DNA of 64,000 nt from the NCBI GenBank assembly GCA_002104905.1, contig MCFE01000115.1, forward strand, positions 100,147-164,146. Direction: 5' to 3'. This document shows, piece by piece, positions 58,092-64,000 of the stretch. The stretch's first letter is position 1, and the number at the start of each line of letters is the position of its first letter. The DNA comes from Basidiobolus meristosporus CBS 931.73 (lineage: Eukaryota; Fungi; Basidiobolomycota). The notes beneath the pieces were generated by a model, which worked only from the letters and a program-made list of their open reading frames with translations, did no database searches and was not told where the DNA came from. The position numbers and the translations under genes were made by a program.

Positions 58092-60362
58092 TTTGTCGTT
58101 AAGTGTTTCTTGAATGGTCACTCCTCTTTGGGCTTATATTTGTATATGTGTATCTTCTTAGTTCCCACGACTATCAATCACTAAGTTTCAGGTCATACAA
58201 CATGCAGGTACTGGCGACTTTATATTAAATTGGTAATCCACCTTTGGTAATCCACCTGGAGGTTTATGATCCTTTGATTGGTATCAATGAGCCATTGGTC
58301 ATAAAGCTGGTTCAGTCGTTGATATGCAATCTTCTACGCATCTACGCGGAGCTTTCCCGATTTATATCACCTTCTCAATCCCATTCAATTAGGCTTCGTT
58401 CATAGCATTATGCAAGATAGATTGATTTAACCCGGTTGGCTTATAGTACTGGTGTGAATATATTTATTTGTTGTTTGTCAAGAGTCGACAATATACATGG
58501 ATTAGTTGAGGCTACCTTGGACTTTCTTGTTGCAATATACGCACTTTTGATTAGTTATATGTGTTCGGCATTGACTGTGCCAACACACTCGAAAACCTGA
58601 ATTCCCACAATTGATTTATCAGTGTAGATTGCCTGAATGAAGGTTTGATATGCGAGCCCTTTGGTACCCATGTTCCATCTCTAAGCAGGGAAGGCGCCAC
58701 ACTCTTTGCCTCTGGCAAGTCGTTGAATAAATGACATAGCTTCTCCCCATGAAATAAGTTTATACGGCACAGGTGGCATATCCTCCTGATGCAGAGGTAT
58801 CAGCCTCATCCAAGATAGCTAGATTGAAGTCCTCCACTCTGTGGCTGAGGCCTTCATTCTTGCCTTGGTTGGCGGCATTGAAAGTCAGGGTAATGAAGTC
58901 GATCTTGGCCAATTTCTTGATGTAAAGGCCCGCAGTGTGTTCCTTCACTCCTTGTTCAGGATTGCATTTTAGACTGTCTTCTTGGGGAGGCAAGGCCACT
59001 GCATCGGTACCATTTCACCAGGGTCACTTGAGTTGAGTGAGCACCTAGAGGTCAACACATGGCATTTACCATTACCATGATGAGACAATGAACCTATTAA
59101 AAGATTTTTTGACTCTGTTAAGCAGCTACAACCATATATGAATAAATAAGTTTTGACAACAATAAAGCCTATGATATAGGTACACAGCATTTTCTTCTCC
59201 ATCTTCTCTCTGCCTCAACCAGAAATTTGCTAGATCAGGAGCTTGGGAGCTTATATAGTCAATATTGGATTGAAGCAAAAGGCAGTAGAAGAGAGTAGGA
59301 TGTAGTAATACCAAGAATCAAATGTGGGGCTAGGTGTACTCTATAGGTGGTTCTTGGTCAGATCACTGAAGCTGGAGTTATACTCCTGAAAAATATACTG
59401 GGTACAGAGCTCTGTGTATATTACATGGTGTCTTCTAATTGATGCTAAAGAAAATGAACTTGATTTGCAGCACATAAAACAATTGTCTACAGCAAATAAA
59501 TTGTGTGGTAAATTTTGTGAATATACCAAAATATCCACACAGCTTGGTTCCTTGGGTTATAGTTTACTGATCTAAGAGAGCTCTGACCAGGTTCCTTGCT
59601 GAGTTTACTTGTAATAGCTCCACCCAAAAGTACAGGCACTGAGGAAACTAATTCTCCCAGAGTAGCCAATACAGCCCCAAACTTTACACACATACGCTTG
59701 GGACATTCTTAAGCATATTCTATGTGCCAGTCTTGCAAAGTGTCTGCAACAGTATAAACACTACTTTACATACAATATATCATTAAGTGAAAGCCAAATA
59801 ATCTTCTTGCTCCCTTAGTCATCACCAGTATCACCATACACCAGTATGAGCTTGGGAATTACAAGCTGACTCTTTGATGTGTCCTAGAGGTGCTACATAT
59901 GAGTGCATATCCTAGATGAGAACTGCTGGAAATTCTGTATTCCAAGCTTTCTGTATATGCACATAGTGGTAGATTTGAATGTACATAAAGATATTCACAG
60001 TGTTTATATCTTAGCTGCGCTTGCTGCCCTCATTCTTGTGTGTGATTGGTATGGAACTCAGTTGTTTACTTACTTATGAAAGGAGCAAAGGCTGGCTAAT
60101 AGCACACAGGAACATGAAGCCATATTGAGGTGCATTGTTCTATGTAATACTCAACAATGGTTCTTAATGACTTCAAAGCACATGGGACTGGCAAGTCAGA
60201 GAATGACCACCAAGCAAATCTCTTACATTCATGATGGGTAGATAGAGGGTCTAATTGATGACCTATGCTTTGTCAAACTACTTGAGGTTTAATGATGCAT
60301 TAGCTGTACTGAAAAAGCAGCCATTAAAAATGCCAATTCTTTGCAACTTTACTTATTATAAT

Positions 60363-60540
60363 TCAATCACTCAAATCTAAGTTGCCTTCATTCTCAGTCA
60401 AGGATAGGTCTTTGCTGTTGGAAGTCGCTGCCTCTTGTAAACAAGCTCCCAACTGCTCGGCACATAGGTTGTTGGTGTGAGATGCCTGAGATTCACAAAG
60501 ATATGATTGCTGCAACAAGCAAGAGGAAGGAAAGCTGCAT
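60363..60540 (-). pseudogene. Old degenerate Y-family 5' fragment
   Basis: ATGCAGCTTTCCTTCCTCTTGCTTGTT matches the Y signal; a stop follows; a shifted frame gives TNNLCAEQLGAC, matching TNEPCVEQQGAC. Confidence 0.6.
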
Positions 60541-61877
60541 GACTGGATGGGGGATTCCCTCACAAAGTTGCCATACTTCTATTGCTTTCTCAATGCCATT
60601 CAAGTAACCATTTATTTATTCGTGACACTAACTTCATGCTCGTCAAGCAACAGGTATCATATATCGCATAAAATTAGTTTCAGTCATCCATTGGTTGATT
60701 ATACGTAGCCATGTAGCAGAGCCCGCTTAAATAATGCGGAGGAAAAGGACTTGATGGCTAAAATTAGGTGGTGGCGGCGCTGGCAATGGAAATAGCGGTA
60801 GCAGTGGTGATAATGGGAATGGTAGTTGTGATAGTGGTGCTTTTGATACTGGTAACAGTAGCGGCGGTAGTGATGGTGGGAGCGGAGAGGTTAGCAATGG
60901 TGGCAATAACGCAAACGGGGCTGGAAGCTGTGATTTTGAAGGTAATGACAATGGCGGTGTCAATCAGAGCGGAGACAGCTGGGATGATTGTGTTATATTG
61001 AGAGCCAGGGCCATGTGAAATCATGCCATAAAAGCAATAGATGGCTTCCGTTATTCTCAATGTTTGCACACTGCCTAAACTTTGGATATGTGACAAGCAC
61101 CATTGGCTACGTTGCTATCCTCAATGGCCTTTTGGCTGAAGGGACTTGTCCAGATGCCACCTCCCTAGAGAACCATGTGGGATTACAAACAGGAAAGCCA
61201 TCATATGGATTCTTCATCTCTGCGGTGTTGTTCTCTTGCACAATTATATGTGGTCAAGAGTAATCCCAATGGTCTTACCTATAGTGGAAGTAGCAAGCAA
61301 GAAAAATATATTTCAACATGCTTCAGCCAGTAGACAGGTCAGGCAAGATAAAATGATCAACAGTGACACTCTCCAAGTAGTGAAATTCAGAGAACAATAG
61401 TTGGCAAACTACATACCGGTATCAAAAGTCTGACAAACAGGCTCCTTAAGATAAAAGCACGCTACAAGTGTGAGAGTATGTTGTGCTTTACACCACAACT
61501 GGTCATATCCATTGACTCCAAACACTGCTAACCAATCAATGAGGTTATTGATGATGTCTTGCGCACTCCACATTACCCTAAGCGTCATCTCTACAAAAGC
61601 CTTTTGAAAGACTAGGAAAAATCCTTAACTTTACCAGTTTCCCAGCTCTCCAAATATCCATGACATTTCTGTTAAATGTATCACCCATTTCCTCTCTGCA
61701 TTGTAGAAAATACGAAAGTACAACGCTGCAACAAGAAGCCAAAAGATTTTTTTTTGGTACTCTGTAGCATCCAATAGTTTTTCCATCACCAGATGCATGA
61801 AGTACCAATGTAGACAGTATTGAGAGTTAATTAAAGAATTTATTGAATGTCTATCTACTATACACAGATGTTGCCCT

Positions 61878-62606
61878 TTAGAGGCTCGAGAACACCTTGA
61901 TGGCATCCTCAGCGGTGGATCGTGCGCTTGCTGGGTTAGCTCCAGTGACAACTCGGCCGTCAGTTTGTGTAAAATCGGCAAACGGAGTGGGGGGTGCCAC
62001 ATACTCGGCTCCAACAGCGGCCGCTCCTTCTTCGATTGTAGCCACATTGGCTGATTTGATAATATCAAGCAGGCTAAGCATCACCTCACCCTCCGTGGTG
62101 AACCCGGTGACCTTCTTGCCAGCGATGATGGATTTGCCTGTGGTGCTGTCAACGATGGCAGGGAGAATGGCTGGCCCATGACACACAGCTGAAACAACAC
62201 CTCCACGCTTGTATATGTCCTCGGCAATATGCTGCAGGCCACGAGCCGTAGGGTAATCCCACAAGGTCGCGTGCCCAGCAGAAGCAAAGAATAGACCATA
62301 ATCAGCAGGGTTGAGGTCCGACGCCTTGTGAAGCTGTGAGTTCAGTTTGACATTGAATGGATGCTCTGGGTCGTTCAGCACCTTTTGATCATCCTCGGAG
62401 AGAAAGTCTTTCGACAAGGAGTGCTCATCCACTCCGTAAGTGCCAGTCTCGGAGGCGAAGTCAACCTCGAACCCGGCCTCGACAAGTGCTTCGAACGGGT
62501 GCAACGCTTCCGTATAAAAGAGTCCAGTCTTACTACCATTGGCGTAGAAAGGCTCGTTATAGCTGGTGATGGCTAGTAGTGCTCTGCGTGGAAGATTGGC
62601 TGGCAT
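61878..62606 (-). CDS. HSP31: DJ-1/PfpI superfamily, Hsp31-like glyoxalase III
   Basis: TGLFYTEALHPF (catalytic Glu), FFASAGHATLWD, SAVCHGPA (catalytic Cys-His), GRVVTGANPASA; intronless. Confidence 0.93.
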   Translation of the reverse strand: MPANLPRRALLAITSYNEPFYANGSKTGLFYTEALHPFEALVEAGFEVDFASETGTYGVDEHSLSKDFLSEDDQKVLNDPEHPFNVKLNSQLHKASDLNPADYGLFFASAGHATLWDYPTARGLQHIAEDIYKRGGVVSAVCHGPAILPAIVDSTTGKSIIAGKKVTGFTTEGEVMLSLLDIIKSANVATIEEGAAAVGAEYVAPPTPFADFTQTDGRVVTGANPASARSTAEDAIKVFSSL

Positions 62607-63519
62607 TGTTGTATTGTACTGAATACCAACCTGAACTTATCGTATCGCATTTTATAATGGGTTTTTGCAGTTGGATGACAAATGTTTGGAAGTTTCTGGT
62701 TAATTTCCACTTAATCACCCAATTTGGTAATCGAGTTATCAATCCATTTATGGTCAATGTGAGTTGCTCAGAACGCATGCTGACAAATGGCATAAATAGC
62801 GATTATTTTCACCTCCTACCTGGCTCTGGCTAATTAAGAGCTTTGACTTGTCATATGCCTCTACTCATAGCAATGGCTGAGAGATTCAAATGGACAAAGC
62901 CACATGCTTCAATCTTCTTTGCTTATTCCGAGGCAGGATGGAGCTTCATCAATGCACAAGTTGGTATCAATTAGAGGCATGAATGGGCGACTGAACATGA
63001 AGTGATCAGATGGTTGTTGCAACCAAATTCACAATTGACTACAAATCCTACCAGCTGGGAAAGGGCAAGAACCCCTGTCCATTGTTGACAAAGATTTCGC
63101 ATCAATATTCGTGAATCCTTCGTGAATCTACAAACGGATGGGACCGATATCCTCAGTATTCATATGTGGGATCATACAGCCTCCATGGACACACTTCATA
63201 TCCACGATACTCTAGTATGGGTGTTCAGCACTGCAAATTATTGCACAAAGGCGTCCGGCAAGACATCTTTCAGTATTTGCCAGGGATGATGGAATATTCT
63301 ACACCAGGATTTTGAACGTGAGAAGATTCCAATGGCTTGCCACCTATGTATGCCTCTGGAATCGCTCGGTATACTTGGTGGTTGAGAGTTCCAGATCCAT
63401 CCGGCAATGAATATGCGTAAAAAGTGGGTCAAGATCCTGAAGAGAAATAGAGTTACTTTTTCCTTCCTAAGTGGCTGACTTGCATTCATGTCTGGGAAAT
63501 ATCGGTACAAGCGTCATTG

Positions 63520-63933
63520 ATGTACGCTACTCATGTATTGCCGAGTGGGGCTGGAAAGCAAGGGTTAAGACTAGCAAACAGTTGGGAGCTGCATAGCTTG
63601 ATCCCGGATTCTCTCATATATGCTGGTGGCAGCGTAAATAGCAACGGTAGAAATAATAAAAGAAACGGTGGAAATGATGGGAGTGCTAATAATTCTGCTG
63701 ATGGCGGAAACAGTGTAGGTCATGGTGACAATGCCAAGGGCAGCAACGGCAATGGCGGAAATGCTGATGGTAATACAAGTGGTTACAGCAATCAAGGTAA
63801 CATAAATGGTGAAGATGATTTACGTGTTTATAGCTCTGGTCATGGTGGAGCCGGTAACGGTGAGATGATAAAAGCAACGGTAGCAGCAACAGTGAAAATA
63901 GCACCTGAATGCCAACCACTATATGACCGTTGA
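63520..63933 (+). CDS. Gly/Asn/Ser-rich low-complexity ORF
   Basis: Codon-structured GGN/AAY/AGY tract; the 5' end is uncertain. Confidence 0.3.
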   Translation: MYATHVLPSGAGKQGLRLANSWELHSLIPDSLIYAGGSVNSNGRNNKRNGGNDGSANNSADGGNSVGHGDNAKGSNGNGGNADGNTSGYSNQGNINGEDDLRVYSSGHGGAGNGEMIKATVAATVKIAPECQPLYDR

Positions 63934-64000
63934 GTACATGCAGCCTTACCACAGTATCAGTAAGTTGCTTAGCATGCTGATGACTCAAATACGGACTGCT

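Larger units (their letters stand above)
54795..58450. repeat. Segmental duplication unit D (sister of B)
   Basis: Colinear X-Y-Z order and lesions shared with unit B. Confidence 0.85.

Noticed and set aside
58760-59000. LAILDEAD as a DEAD-box helicase motif
   Set aside because: No Walker A or other helicase motifs nearby; it lies in degenerate repeat-like DNA.
62900-63510. Protein-like fragment FYAYSLPDGSGTLNHQVYRAIPEAYIGG
   Set aside because: Interrupted by stops and could not be assigned to a family without a search.

Overview
This is eukaryotic, intron-rich DNA, very likely from an early-diverging fungus; a Basidiobolus-like zoopagomycete or mucoromycete is my inference from gene style, not a database result. 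The window has two compartments. (1) Bases 1-24.9 kb hold compact core genes: CHL1/DDX11 helicase, a Cue1-like protein, a multi-OB-fold ssDNA-binding protein, a RasGEF, a DEAH helicase, F-box/LRR genes, a GPI-anchored chitin deacetylase, COX16, an arrestin and U6 snRNA. (2) Bases ~25-61 kb are AT-rich and locally CpG-depleted, built from nested tandem duplications ([A B]-[C D]). They carry four families of small secreted precursor genes, here called X, Y, Z and D, in an active birth-and-death state. Family D is a beta-defensin-like 6-Cys peptide; family Z is a 3-exon, 10-Cys, Kex2-type precursor that the ORF track misses. A stack of LTR elements (relic LTR, near-full Ty3/gypsy, solo LTR) ends 10 nt upstream of a tRNA-Leu(CAG) gene, suggesting a tRNA-targeting retrotransposon. 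A DJ-1/Hsp31 gene lies near the right end. All alignments and splice models were made by eye.
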